Source of the DNA: Prevotellaceae bacterium
Lineage (GTDB): Bacteria; Bacteroidota; Bacteroidia; Bacteroidales; UBA932
DNA: 64,000 nucleotides
Direction: 5' to 3'
NCBI GenBank assembly: GCA_031279695.1
Contig: JAITIA010000140.1
Location: 12,935 to 76,934 of the forward strand
Of this stretch, positions 1 to 12,500 are shown one piece after another. Position 1 is the stretch's first letter. Each line of letters opens with the position of its first letter. The notes beneath the pieces were generated by a model. The model ran no database searches. It saw only the letters and a list, made by a program, of their open reading frames with translations, and was not told the DNA's origin. A program made the position numbers and the translations under genes.

Positions 1-66
1 ATGGTACTCCACATGCAATTCAGTGCGCATGACTTCGTACCTGATTCTGTCAATAATATTCTTCAT
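1..66 (-). CDS. N-terminal fragment of a minus-strand ORF running off the window start (begins MKNIIDRIRYEVMRTELHVEYH); hypothetical
   Basis: Reverse complement of 1..66 reads from an ATG (complement of 64-66) with no stop before the window edge. Same orientation as the upstream hydrolase gene. No recognisable motif. Confidence 0.25.
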   Translation of the reverse strand, partial: MKNIIDRIRYEVMRTELHVEYH

Positions 67-324
67 GACGTTCAATAATTTAATACTTTAATTTTTACTT
101 AACTGTTTTAATTTCTATATACTGTCTGCCATCATTTGCAAATGCTCGACGGCTTTTCGTATCTCTTCTATACAGCGCATATACGTAAATTTTATTTTTT
201 TGTTTCATTTTTATACCTTAGATATAAAATATTTTTTTATTTTCGTATTATACACACATATTACTGTTCTTCTTCACTACAAATTCTGTGCCATATTTGC
301 GTTTTACTCAACAAAAGTTATTCG

Positions 325-3300
325 TTAGTTATTCTTCTTTACAATAAGGTTGCATGAGCCAATCAATCCAGACGCTTGCAGTTTCGATTCGCTCTTATAA
401 TGATTAACAACTGTACGTGTTATTCTCTGCTCGTTGGGCAAACGACTATCGCCAATAAGTTTGTTTGCCCAGCTATTTGCAACCTCAATTTCCAGCAGGT
501 TAGTTCCCTTTTTCAATGCTTTATCGATACGCAAACGATAGGGCGCAGTCCATAAATTGCCAATTGATTTGCCGTTTAACTTGACGCGGGCAACAACCAT
601 CACATTTTCAAGGTCGATATACGCCTGTTCGTTTGGCAGTTTATCTATATCGAATGTTGTTTCGTAAGTTGCTGTTCCTGAAAAATAGCGAATACGCTCG
701 TCGCTCGATTTCGACCAATCTTCAAGTTTATTAAATGTAACCGGCTCTTCCGGCGCTCCTCTGCCTTTTTCAAATGTTACTTTCCATGGATTCGACAGTG
801 TCAGTAGAGTTTCGTACTTTACTGAATGTTGTTTTGTTGATATGTTTTCGTTTGCCTTATTACGGAACACAACAAATACGCTGCCATTTGCAGGCAAATC
901 AATTTGCACTGCGGTGGTCTGTTCCGATGCTTTACTGTAAACAGCAGGACTTATTTCGCGTGTAACCGGATTCCACAGTTCAACAGCCCTGCCGGCAACA
1001 CGAAATTCAGGCGTGAAATTTACAGGCTTGTCGCTTTGATTAGTTACAAAATATATATCGCCATCCTTCAACCGTCGGTGGATGTGCAGCGCAGGTGTTT
1101 TAGGCGATGAGGCAAGGCTGAAATCGGGCGGCAGGTTGAGCGACGCAAACACTTCATCAAGCGACGCATCTGCTGAGAATACCTGTCCGCGACCAACTTT
1201 GCGCACTTTTTCATTGCCGTCAGCCCAGAGTTTCGACGCCAGCGCCGCAACTTCGCCGTCAGCCTTTGGATAATTGACTAAACTTGGCGAGCGTTTCGGC
1301 TGCTGACCAACGATGGTCAATCCTTCGTTAACAAAATTGCTAATTCGCTGTAATACTTCCGGACGCATAGTTTCTACCGGAGGCAAAACGAGAACGTTGT
1401 AATGCATTCCATCAGGTAAGGCAAGTTTGCCGTCCTGCATTGAAGCCCGCGTCATCAAAACCTCTGCGTTGATAAAATCGTATGAATATCCGTGCGGCAG
1501 TTCCGGTGAAGTTATACCGGTCATCTTCGGGGCGTCTTCGCCAATAAAGTAAGCAACGTCGGCAACATAGTTTCCCTCCTGCAACATCAAGTTGCAGCTG
1601 CGAAGATAGTCGGTAAATCCATTCATTTTTCCGAACCATGTATTCTTACGGTTAAATTCCATGCCGAACCATGCATTGATACCCGGATTCCAGTCCTCAT
1701 AAGCCTGATGCTGATAAGTGCTTAGCAGAGTGGCATTGATACCTTCAATAAACGACCTGTCTATGTCGATTTTAAGAGTGCCCGGGTATAACCAGAAATA
1801 TGGACCGCCGCTGGTACACGATTCCGCCCACGTTTTGCGCTTACCATATATATGTGCCGATGACGAGGCTGCGCGGTTTTCAACTCCACGTCCCCAGCTG
1901 CCCGTCCAAAATTCTCCGCTAACTTCGTCCGACTGACCGCCGTATTGTAGAAATTCGCCCGGATAGCCCCAATGCCCGTAATTCTGTAACCACAGTGTGA
2001 GTCCATGTTCATTTGCCACTTTCTTCAATCCGGCAACATACCCGTATGAAATCATGTCGGCAACAAGGCGGCGCAAATCCCAGAGAAACCTGTCCGACAG
2101 TTCGCGACTGCCAACCACATTACCGTCGAACACCGGAAAGTATGGCACAGGGCTGTATCCATAAGTTTTGGTAAACCGTTCAAGCATACCGTCTGTCCAG
2201 TTTTGACCTCCCGTTTCGTAACTGTCGGCAACAACAAGACGGAAAGTACGTCGGTCTTTGGCAGGAATACGTCGCAAAACTTCGCCAATAAAAGCGTCGA
2301 AATGGCTTGCAACATGCTTGCTGTTCATCTTGTCCACCTCCAAACCCTTTCCTTCGGGCGATGCAGGCGCATTGGTAACACCGGTTGTTATCATTGCCAC
2401 ACGCGAAACAGTCCACAGTCCTTCGGGAGCATCCCATTCAATAATGCCCTCAGCCGACATTTTGTCGGTCAAATCAATAACACGTTCAACAGGAATATAC
2501 ATTTCCTGTATGGCTTCGGGCTGCACATCCCACATATATGAATCCCACGATGGTATGGCGTCCTGAAACATCTTGCCAAGCACCTTTTCAGGGTAGCGTT
2601 CCATATATGGAACAGTACTCAGTGTTATATCAGCCTCGCCAGCGCCATTATCGCCAAGCCACAGACGGAAATCGGAAGACTGCGCTTCCGGTATTGCACC
2701 AACCACAGGAGCATGACGTATAAAGCCTACATTAGGGTTATGATTGGTGCGGTTAATCATCATCTTTTTGATACTTCTATACTCCGAGCCTTCTTTAACT
2801 AACAGTTCTGCCGTTGTCCACATCCTTGCTGCCGTTGAATATATAAAGCTGCGCACGGTAACAGGGCGCTCAAAGTGAAAATCGACGGTGAGCGATTTTC
2901 CCTGTTCTTTATTCACCTTGATTGTTTTTTCCGTAATTGCGTTTTGCGGCAAAACCGGATACGCCACTACACGGACGTCCTGCGCCTCATTACCCGGACT
3001 TGCAAGTTTGAGGCTTACATGCTTGCCGCCCTCAACCTGCGCCGACGAAGAAGCCAGCCGTCGCATACTCTGTTGCGGCTTAATCCACGGACCACCGGAC
3101 TGACTCCATCCGGGAGAATTAAACATACCAACTTCGATGTCGAGTTCCGAAGCCTTCTTCATGGCAGTATGCAGCGCCGCCCACCATTCGTCGGACAACA
3201 GTTTAACCTTCCCGTAAGGAACGCCTTCGCCGCCAATGTTTCCGATAAACACCGAGCCTATTCCTGCGGCTTTTATTGCTTCGAGGTCGCGTTCGATACC

Positions 3301-3471
3301 TTCCTGCGAAACATTGTCGGACATCCAATACCAGAACATCCTCAGTCGGACACTGTCGTCAGGGTTGCGGAAGCCGTCCGCCAGCCTGTCGAACTCCGAT
3401 TGCCGGCATCCGCCCGTGAATAAACACAGCGCTACCAGCGATAATAAAATTGAGATTTGTTTTTTACACAT
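325..3471 (-). CDS. Large secreted glycoside hydrolase lipoprotein (1048 aa). The C-terminal sugar-binding jelly-roll resembles GH2/GH106-type domains; family uncertain.
   Basis: Long ORF with lipoprotein signal peptide MCKKQISILLSLVALCLFTGGC. C-terminal motif VKLNGKSIGNLWTAPYRLRIDKALKKGTNLLEIEVANSW is typical of GH2-type sugar-binding domains. Co-directional with GH43 and the giant gene. Confidence 0.7.
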   Translation of the reverse strand: MCKKQISILLSLVALCLFTGGCRQSEFDRLADGFRNPDDSVRLRMFWYWMSDNVSQEGIERDLEAIKAAGIGSVFIGNIGGEGVPYGKVKLLSDEWWAALHTAMKKASELDIEVGMFNSPGWSQSGGPWIKPQQSMRRLASSSAQVEGGKHVSLKLASPGNEAQDVRVVAYPVLPQNAITEKTIKVNKEQGKSLTVDFHFERPVTVRSFIYSTAARMWTTAELLVKEGSEYRSIKKMMINRTNHNPNVGFIRHAPVVGAIPEAQSSDFRLWLGDNGAGEADITLSTVPYMERYPEKVLGKMFQDAIPSWDSYMWDVQPEAIQEMYIPVERVIDLTDKMSAEGIIEWDAPEGLWTVSRVAMITTGVTNAPASPEGKGLEVDKMNSKHVASHFDAFIGEVLRRIPAKDRRTFRLVVADSYETGGQNWTDGMLERFTKTYGYSPVPYFPVFDGNVVGSRELSDRFLWDLRRLVADMISYGYVAGLKKVANEHGLTLWLQNYGHWGYPGEFLQYGGQSDEVSGEFWTGSWGRGVENRAASSSAHIYGKRKTWAESCTSGGPYFWLYPGTLKIDIDRSFIEGINATLLSTYQHQAYEDWNPGINAWFGMEFNRKNTWFGKMNGFTDYLRSCNLMLQEGNYVADVAYFIGEDAPKMTGITSPELPHGYSYDFINAEVLMTRASMQDGKLALPDGMHYNVLVLPPVETMRPEVLQRISNFVNEGLTIVGQQPKRSPSLVNYPKADGEVAALASKLWADGNEKVRKVGRGQVFSADASLDEVFASLNLPPDFSLASSPKTPALHIHRRLKDGDIYFVTNQSDKPVNFTPEFRVAGRAVELWNPVTREISPAVYSKASEQTTAVQIDLPANGSVFVVFRNKANENISTKQHSVKYETLLTLSNPWKVTFEKGRGAPEEPVTFNKLEDWSKSSDERIRYFSGTATYETTFDIDKLPNEQAYIDLENVMVVARVKLNGKSIGNLWTAPYRLRIDKALKKGTNLLEIEVANSWANKLIGDSRLPNEQRITRTVVNHYKSESKLQASGLIGSCNLIVKKNN

Positions 3472-3556
3472 ACTGTTATAATATTAAAAATTGTTTCGTT
3501 TGTATATACAGTTTATAGCCATTATCATTTTTATCTGTTAATATTGATTATTTGTT

Positions 3557-6500
3557 CTACTTTTTGTTGTCAGGTTTATGTGCTTTATATAAATTTTCCG
3601 TATCGACAATATGCCAGAAAAAATTCGTATCATATGCAACACGTTTTGCAAACTGTTCAGCCGCCATGTAAGCCATTTCCGCTTTATGTATAAACATAAT
3701 CTCCGACTTACGGGTATTTGTTTTATTTTGCAGTATTTGTTTCGCAGCCCTACGAGCTATCGTCCAGTTATGCTTCAACTGTTTCGCAGCCCTGCAAATA
3801 ACCGCCAAGTCATACCGAAAGCCATTCGTATTATTACGAATAGTTGTTGAATATAGCTTCAAGTAATTTGCAGCCTTACGCACATCAATAAAGTTGTGCA
3901 GAAACTGTGCCGCAAATTTACGAGCCTTTGGATTATCGCGCAGAAACTGTTTTGCAGCATTACGAACGTCTATCTCATCCTGCTGGAGGTATTCGGCAGA
4001 TTTACGAATCTTTGTCACATTAAGCAACTTTTGTCTCGCAATATTACTAATCTTAGTACTATAATATTCTTGATGAGATTCAAACTTGAGAGCCATTGCT
4101 TCGTTCTTTTCAAACTGTCGCACAAGTTGTAAAGCCTCATTTTGCTTTAGTTTTGCATGTTTTGTAGCACTGATAGCCTCTTCATGTTTATGCAGTAGTA
4201 TTTTAGAATAGAGAATAGTTTTCATTTTTTCTTTGGAGGCAACTATTAATCTCATGTTAGCCTTCTCAAGTTTATTATGAATGTTGTTTACAGATATGAT
4301 AATCTTCGACAGTTGTTGTATATATTCATTCGTAGCAATACGGAGCGTAAACATTTCTTGAAAAATTTCACACGTCAGCTCGTGAGCCTCCGCCTCATTC
4401 ATTTTCTTTTTATGCTGTGTTGTACCATCTTTCAACTTATCTTGAAAAACGCCAATGGTAATATGATTAACCTCTATTTCATTCTGCAGAATTTGTTGCG
4501 AACGGGCGAGAGTTATCTGCTCCTTATTTAACAGCGATTGCGCATGTTTGTTAGCCTTGTCGAGTTGCTGCATGGCATGTTCGGCGTCGATACTTATCCG
4601 CTTTTGTTTTGTTTTAACATTATCGACGTCCAATTCAGCAGTAATATTATTTTGCTGCGCCTGTTTATGAATGCTACTAATCTGTTTCTCGTATTGCTGC
4701 GCCTGTGAAAGCGCAATACGAGTCTGTTCCACGTAATGCTTTGCCTGTTCAAAAGCACTACAAGTTTCTGTCGATTGTTGCAAATTTTGATTTTCGGATA
4801 TGCTAATCGTCGGCAAGTTCAACTGATATTGTTTAATATCTGAATAAAACCTCTTTTTTACTTTAAGCACCTGTTTAACATCCATACATGTTTTCTCAAT
4901 ATTTTGCAGGTTTTGTTCCGCATTAATACTGTTCATCATACACATTAGCAGGTTTTGTTCCGCATTAATACGGTTGTCGGTACATTTATGAAATTTGTGC
5001 ATTGCTTCAATAAAAGCCTTTCCAATATGGTTTTTTAGTTTATTCACATTGTTGAAAGCAATTATCTCATCATTTTTAATTTGATTGGCAGTCGTGCGAG
5101 CCTTCTTCTCTTTAGTTTTATAATCTGCCAACTGTGTTATTGCTATCTGTTTTTTATGCATTAATGCTTTCAAATATTGACTAATATTATCTATATTTTG
5201 CTGCGCCTGTTCATCATCACTGTTAGTAATAAATTTATATAGATGCGGATTTTTTTCGTCAATGTCAGTCTCCGATTCATTCAGCTGCTGGGGCTCGGAC
5301 GCGACGTCAGTTTCCGGCTCATCCGGATGCTGCGGCTCGGCATCGTCGTCAGTTTCGGGTTCATTCTGCTGCTGCTGCTCGGCATCGTCGTTAATCTCCG
5401 ATTCATTCTGCTGTTGTGGCTCGGCATCGTCGTCAGTCTCCGATTCGTTCTGCTGCTGCGATTCGGCTGCGGCGTCAGTTTCCGACTCCTTTTGCTGCAG
5501 TTGTTTAGCCGAATTTTTAGTTTTTATTTTATTTTGCAGAGAATGGTTTTTATCGATACGAGCCTTTTCTGCCAATTGCAGTCTGTATTCAGCATCTATG
5601 GTATTATTCTCTGCATTTTGCAGATTAACTTCCGCATAAATACAATCGTGCGAACATTTTCTCAGTTCCCGTTCCGCATCAATACGAGCCTCAATACATT
5701 TTTGCAGTTTTTTAGTGGCTTTATCGAGATTTTTACCCCCATTCCGCTCTTCCATTACAACATCCATGCGAGCCTCCGCTTCATTATCTTTCAACTGTTT
5801 TGCGCGATTGCTTGCCTTTAATTCGTTTTGTTTAGCAACAAAAAGCTCAATGCGAGCCTTTTTTTCTACTCTCTTCGACCGTGCCACATTTGTTAGAATC
5901 TCTTTATGGTTATTCAGAAGATATTCGGTATCAGAGATATTCTCCGCCTCATTTTGCTGCGCTTGGGGTGCATCGGTACGAGTTTCCGCCTCATTTTGCT
6001 GCGCTTGGGGTGCATCGATACGAGTTTCCGCCTCATTTTGCTGCTTTTGGTCGTCATCGATACAAGTTTCCGCCTCATTTTGCTGTGCATGGTCGTCATC
6101 AATATGAGTTTCCGTCTCATTTTGCTGCACTTGGTCGTCATCGATACCGTCCTGCTCCAAGTTGTTATTTAGTTGTTCGATACCATATCTTTCCTTTTTC
6201 ATATATAGATGTATCGCAGATTTAAAATCCTGAGCCCGTATTTTATTTTTACGATAATGAGATATAAAGATTTCAATCTCTTCCAACGCCTTATTTGCCT
6301 TATTCGCAACCCTGTCAACCTTATCCATTCGTAGCTGCGCCTGTTCCACAACATAATTAGCCTCTTCTTCCTTATACTGCGCCTGTTGGGTAATAATGCA
6401 AGCGTCGGCAAAGTTGTTCAAAGCATGGTAAAAATCGGTGCGAGCATTTCTTATACATTGCCAAATATATTTAGTATTGATGCTGCTCTCCAATCCATAT

Positions 6501-9500
6501 TGCTTAATATATTGTGCAGTACGTACAGCCTCCAACAGGTTTTGCATTGAATTGATGGCAGCCATACGAGCATTTTGCTCGTTTTGCCGAGCGTCGTTGG
6601 CAAGAGCAATAGCCTGTTCATAGTTTTGCTGCGCCTGTTTTGCAAGGTTACGAATATTTGTTTCATTTTGCAGAATATCGTTCGTAAAACCGTCAATTTT
6701 AGTCTTATTCTGCATAATTTGTGACATATTTGCTATTCTTATCTTCCTGTTCATATCAAATTGTTTCTGATGTTTTCTTACCTTGTAAGTATTGATATTA
6801 CGTTGTTTCGCATCGATACCACCGTTAGTTTTAAGCATTAGATTAACTTCAGCAAACATACGTTCGTTCTCCTTGTTCAACTTATTAAGTTGAGTAGCAT
6901 AATCATCGTTCGATTTTTGCATCCAAGTCAGTTCGGTAAATATTCTAATGTTCGAGTCATTGATAAGTTCGAGTTTATACCCTATGATTTCCTCAATAGT
7001 ATTTTGCCGATACTGTTCTGCATCGATACGAGCCTGTGTTGCAATTTGCAGTTGCCGATTGGCGGCAATACAGTCCTGCTCGGTAATTAGCAGTTGCTGT
7101 TGCGCGTCGATACGAGCCTGCGTATATTCTTGCAGACGCGATTCGGCAATACCGACGTCTATATCCTCATCCTTTTTCTTTTGATTAAAAATATTTAAAG
7201 CGGCCTGCTCGTTGCGCTGCATATCCAAGATATGATTTAAAACATTCGATTTATTAATTTGCGCCTGTTCAGCAGCATTACGGGCTTCTGTCTCTATATG
7301 CAGAGCCTCATCAAAACTAAAGACAATTGTCAGATAGTTTTGTATAATGTGTTCGGTATTTTTGCTAATATAGATATGAGTTTGCTTAAACAGTTCGGTA
7401 TTTTTGTTAATGTCGAATATTTTTTGCAGGAAATGTTCGGCACTTATGCCAATCTCCGAATTTTGTTGCGATGACTGTTTTGCAGCAATTCCGGCTTTTT
7501 TCAATTGTTTTTTCTGCTCTTTTGCAGCAAGTTTAGTTTCCTGCACTTTTTGCTTTGTTTCTTTTACCTTAGTTAGCGCCTCCTGCACTTTTTGTTTTGT
7601 TTCGTCGGCAAGTATCCGCGCCTCCTTCACTTTTTGTTTTGTTTCGTCGGTAAGTATCCGCGCCTCTTTTATTTTTTGTTTCGACTCTTCGGCAAGTTTT
7701 TTTTCCTGATTATTCTTTTCGGCAAGTTCGGAAGTAAGGGTTTTTATCTCCGTATGTTTATTAACAATGTCCTGCGTAAGACTATTATCGACCGACTTGT
7801 TTTGCTTAACTGCGGATACAAGGCTGTTAAGCTCATTCTTTTTTTGCTTGATTTGTTGTTTCAGCGCTACAATCTCTTCATTTATTATCTGAATATCTTT
7901 GGAAGCACTACGAGCCTCCTTCATTTTTTGCGTAGCAAGTTCAGCTTCTAAGCGAGCCTTTTTTAAATTTTTCTTATCTTCATATTCCTTAATGAGAATA
8001 TCGTTCAATTCTTGCTGCGCCTGTTGCGCAATATTACAAGTCGGCGACTCTTGTTGCGGCGTCTGTTGAGCGGCGACAATAATCTCTGCCGCTTTTTGCA
8101 GATTTCGTTTAGCAATCATACGAGCCTGTTCCGCCCTTAGCAGCGGCTGTTCTTCATCTATACTGTCTTTTTCTTGTTGTTGCAAATCCTGTTCGACGGT
8201 AATGCTATCCTCTGGCTGTTGTTGCAAATCCTGTTCGACGGTAATACTATCCTCTGGCTGTTGTTGCAAATCCTGTTCGACGGTAATACTATCCTCTGGC
8301 TGTTGTTGCAAATCCTGTTCTACGGCAATGCTATCCTCTGGCTGTTGTTGCAAATCCTGTTCTACAGCAATACTATACTGTTCCTGTTGTTGCAGATTTT
8401 GTTCGATAGCCATACGCGCCTGTTTCGTTTGTTCTATTTGCTGTTCGGCGTCGCGACAAGCCTTTTTCGCTTCCAATAAATTCTGCATGGTAGCTTCACG
8501 ATACTCTTTCGATTGTTGCAGTCGCTGCTCCGCATCAACACGCAAGTCTTCCACATCTTTTAGATTCAGTAATTTCTGCATGAGTTTTCTTCCGCCGTCA
8601 TCCTTCGTTTGATTAGCAATATTACAGGCGTTCATTTCTTTATCATACATCTGTTTAAGCTGTGCGTGCATCTCATGATTTTTTTTACGGGCATATTCCG
8701 TAAGTATGCGCATCTTTGCTCTGTTTTGCATCGACTGTTCAACATCAATGTAATCCTGTTCTGCCTGTTGCAGGTTCTGTTTGGCAGCAATACTGTTCTG
8801 TTCTGCCTGTTGCAGGTTATCTTTGGCAGCAATACTGTTCTGTTCTGCCTGTTGCAGGTTATGTTTGGCAGCAATGATATCTTCTTTGCTGCTTTGCTTC
8901 ATTCGATTAACAGTATCGCAAGCCGTAATATATTTTGACTGAAAATGATTGTTCTCTGTTCGCGCATTGTTCTCGATGTGCATAGCACGTTCAACAAGTA
9001 TTCGAGCCTGTTCAATGTTTAAATTCGCCTGTTCCACAGCAATACTTGCCTCTTGCTCTTCTTGCTGTCGCATATTTGCAATTGTCAAATCAATGCTTGC
9101 TATTCGCATATTATGTTCGGCAATAATACGAGCCTCTTTAGCTCTTTCAAGTTTACGTTCAGCTTTAATACGCGCCTTTTCATTCTCTTTGAGCAACTGT
9201 ACGGCACGCATAATGTTTTCCGGTCTGGTTCCCTGCACTCGATTAAGAGCATTGCGAGCCTCTATCTCTTTATTTTTTGTCAGTTCAAGATTCGTTTGTC
9301 TATACTGCTCTCTTTGCTTAGCCTTTTCCACAAGTTGGCGAGCCTGTTCAATGTTTAGCTTCGCCTGTTCAACAGTAATACATATATCATCAATTTTTTG
9401 CTGATATTGTTTAACTTCGCCACGTGCCTTAGCCTCCTGTTTAAGTTTCTGTTCGGCAGCAAGACGAGCCTCTTCTTTTTGTTTTAGTTTCTGTTCGGAA

Positions 9501-12500
9501 GCAAGACGAGCGTCTTCCAACTCTTGCGGATTTTGCGCAGTAGCATTACGAGCGTCTTCCAACTCTTGCGGATTTTGTGCGGTAGCATTACGGGCGTCTT
9601 CCAACTCTTGCAGATTTTGTGCGGTAGCATTACGAGCGTCTTCCAACTCTTGCAGATTTTGTGCCGTAGCATTACGAGCGTCTTCCAACTCTTGCAGATT
9701 TTGCCCCGTAGCATTACGAGCGTCTTCCAACTCTTGCGGATTTTGTGTGGCAGCAATACGAGCCTCTTTCAACTTTTGCGAATTTTGTGCGGCAGCAATA
9801 CGAGCCTCTTTTAACTCTTGCAGATTTTGTTCGGAAGCAATACGGTCATTTTCCGCCAACTGAAGTTTCTGTTCGGAAGCGATAAATGCTTCTCTAACTT
9901 GTTTAAGGCGCTGTTCGGCAGCGATACGCTCTTCTCCCTCCTGTGTTAGACAGTGTTCGGAAGCGATACGCACGTCTTCTTTTAGTTTCACATACTCTTT
10001 GGCAGCAGCACGTACTGCTTTCTCGTATTTTATGTTCTGTTCGGAAGCGATACGCTTTTTCTCCGCTTGTTCCCGCTGTTGTTCTGCTACGATACGTTCC
10101 TCTTCCGCTTCTATGAGATTTTGTTCGGCAGCAATATGTTCTTCTTTCGCTTTTTGCAGATTTTGTTCGGCAACGATACGTTCCTCTGTAATTTTTTGCA
10201 AATCCTGTTTTGCAATAATACAAAAGGCTTCTGCTTCTTTAAGGTTTTTTTCAGCATCAAGATTTACTGTTAGATTTTTTGTCAGGGACTGGTTATACTC
10301 TATGCGAGCTTTATTCACGTTTTGCTTAGCTTGTTTAAATTCTGTGCGAGCCTTTTCCTCTTGTTGCAGTTTCAGTTCAACAGCGCCACGAGCCTTTTTC
10401 GCTTGTTTTAATTTCAGTTCAACAGCGCTGCGAGCCTTTTTCTCCTGTTTCAGTTTCAGTTTAACAGCACTACCATTCATATCTTCTATTTGTAGATTTT
10501 GCCCCGTAGCAATACGCTCTTTTTCTTTTTGTTTGAGATACTGTTCGGCAATAATACTCGCCTCTTCTTTCAGTTTGAGATACTGTTCGGTAGCTATGCG
10601 TTTTTTATCTTTGTTTTGTAGAGAATGTTCGGTAGCGATACGTTCTTCTTCTATTTGTTTGAGCTGCTGTTCGGCAGTAATGCGTTCTTCTTTCAGTTGT
10701 TTGAGATGCTGTTCGGCAACGCTACGAGCCGCTTCCACTTTTTGCAGATTTTGTTCGGCAACGCTACGAGCCTCTTCCGCTTTTTGCAGATTTTGTTTGG
10801 CAATGCTACTAACCTCTTTTAACTTTTGTAGATTTTGTTGGGCAACAATACGCTCCGCTTCCACTTTTTGCAGATTTTGTACCGCAGCGATACTCTCCTC
10901 TTTCGCTATTTGCAGTTCTTGTTCAACAGCGATACGCATATCTTTCTCTATTTGCAGCCTTTGTTTAGCAGTCAAATAAACTACTCTATTTTTTTTCGGA
11001 GACTGTTTACTCTTTATGTCAGCCTTATTTTCTGTTTCATTAAACTGTTTATACTTTAGTCCGGCTTGATTCTCTTTTTGCTGAGCATTTTTTACGTCTG
11101 TACGAGCCTTTTTTTCTTCTTCGAGCTTTAGCCCTAATTTTCTACGAGCCTTTCTTCCTTCTACGAGTTTTGATTTTAATTCACTACGAGCCTTTGATTC
11201 TTCTTTTAGTATTGATTTTAATTCACTACGAGCCTTTGATTCTTCTTCGAGTTTTAGTTTAACAATACTGCTATTTACTTCTTCTTTATGCAGATTTTGT
11301 TTGGCAAGGATACGAGCCTCTTTTAACTTTTGCAGATTTTGTGTGGCAAGGATACAAGCCTCTTTTAACTTTTGCAGATTTTGTGTGGCAATGCTACAAG
11401 CCTCTTCCGCTGTTTGCAGTTGCTGTTCGGCAGCAATACGCATCGCTTCCGACATTTGCAATTTCTTTTCCACAATCATACGAGCATAGTCCGTTTTATT
11501 TTGTGCCTGATTAAGATTTATTTGCATATCCTTCTCACTTTGCGTAGTGTTTTCTACAAGACGGCGAGCCTGTTCAACTATTATCGTCTGATATTCGAGC
11601 GCAATGCGAGCCTCTTTAATTTTTTGCAGATTTTGTTTGTAAATCGTGCGAGCCTCTTCTGCTTTTTGTTTTTCCAGTTCGTCGGCAATACGGGCATTTT
11701 CTTCTTCTTGCTGACGCTGTTCGACGGTAATACGAGCCTCTTCCCATTGTTGCATAGACTGTTCAGCAGCAATACGCGCCTGTTCAAAATTTTGCTGCGC
11801 CTGTTTGGTAGCAATACAAGCATTTTCAAGTTCTTGTTGAGCCTGTTCGCTTTTAGTGCAAGCCTTCGAATGTTTTTTCTCCGCATATTGCAGAGCAGAT
11901 CTAACCTTTAGTTTATTGTGTTTAGCGTCTGCATTCTCTTGTACATACTGCTCGTTGTTTTGCTTTTGCCGATGCAACAGGTTACTATTCTCTTCCAACT
12001 GTTGCAGAATTTCTTTTGCAAGTATGCTGTTCTCTCCCTCTTCCTGCACAACTCTTTGCGCACGATTGCGGCACTCCTCCTCTTTTTGCTGCAATTGTAC
12101 GGCAAGCATTCGTCCCTCGTTCATTGTTTTAGCCGTCTCTTCAACACGATTAGCCGCCTCCTGCAATTTTTGCTGAGCCTGTATAAGTTGAATACGAGCC
12201 TGCTCCTTATATTGCTGCAATTGATTAGCCGTATCAATAGCCTTTAACTCATCTTGCTGACACTTATTAAGACTGTTACTAAGTTCCTCCTTATTCTGAT
12301 TACAATTAACAAGAGTCATACGGGCATTTTCCACTTCTTGCTGACGTTGTTCGGCATCAATACGGGCATTGTCTTCTTCTTGCTGACGCTGTTCGGCATC
12401 AATACGGGCATTGTCTTCTTCTTTTCGACGCTGTTTGGCAGCAATACGTGCCTTTTCTTCTTCTTGCTGACGCTGTTCGGCAGCAATACGTGCCTTTTCT

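Noticed and set aside
136-357. 73-aa ORF in the AT-rich region before the hydrolase gene
   Set aside because: Very low-complexity, Phe/Tyr/Leu-rich translation of AT-rich intergenic DNA. It overlaps the 3' end of the hydrolase gene.
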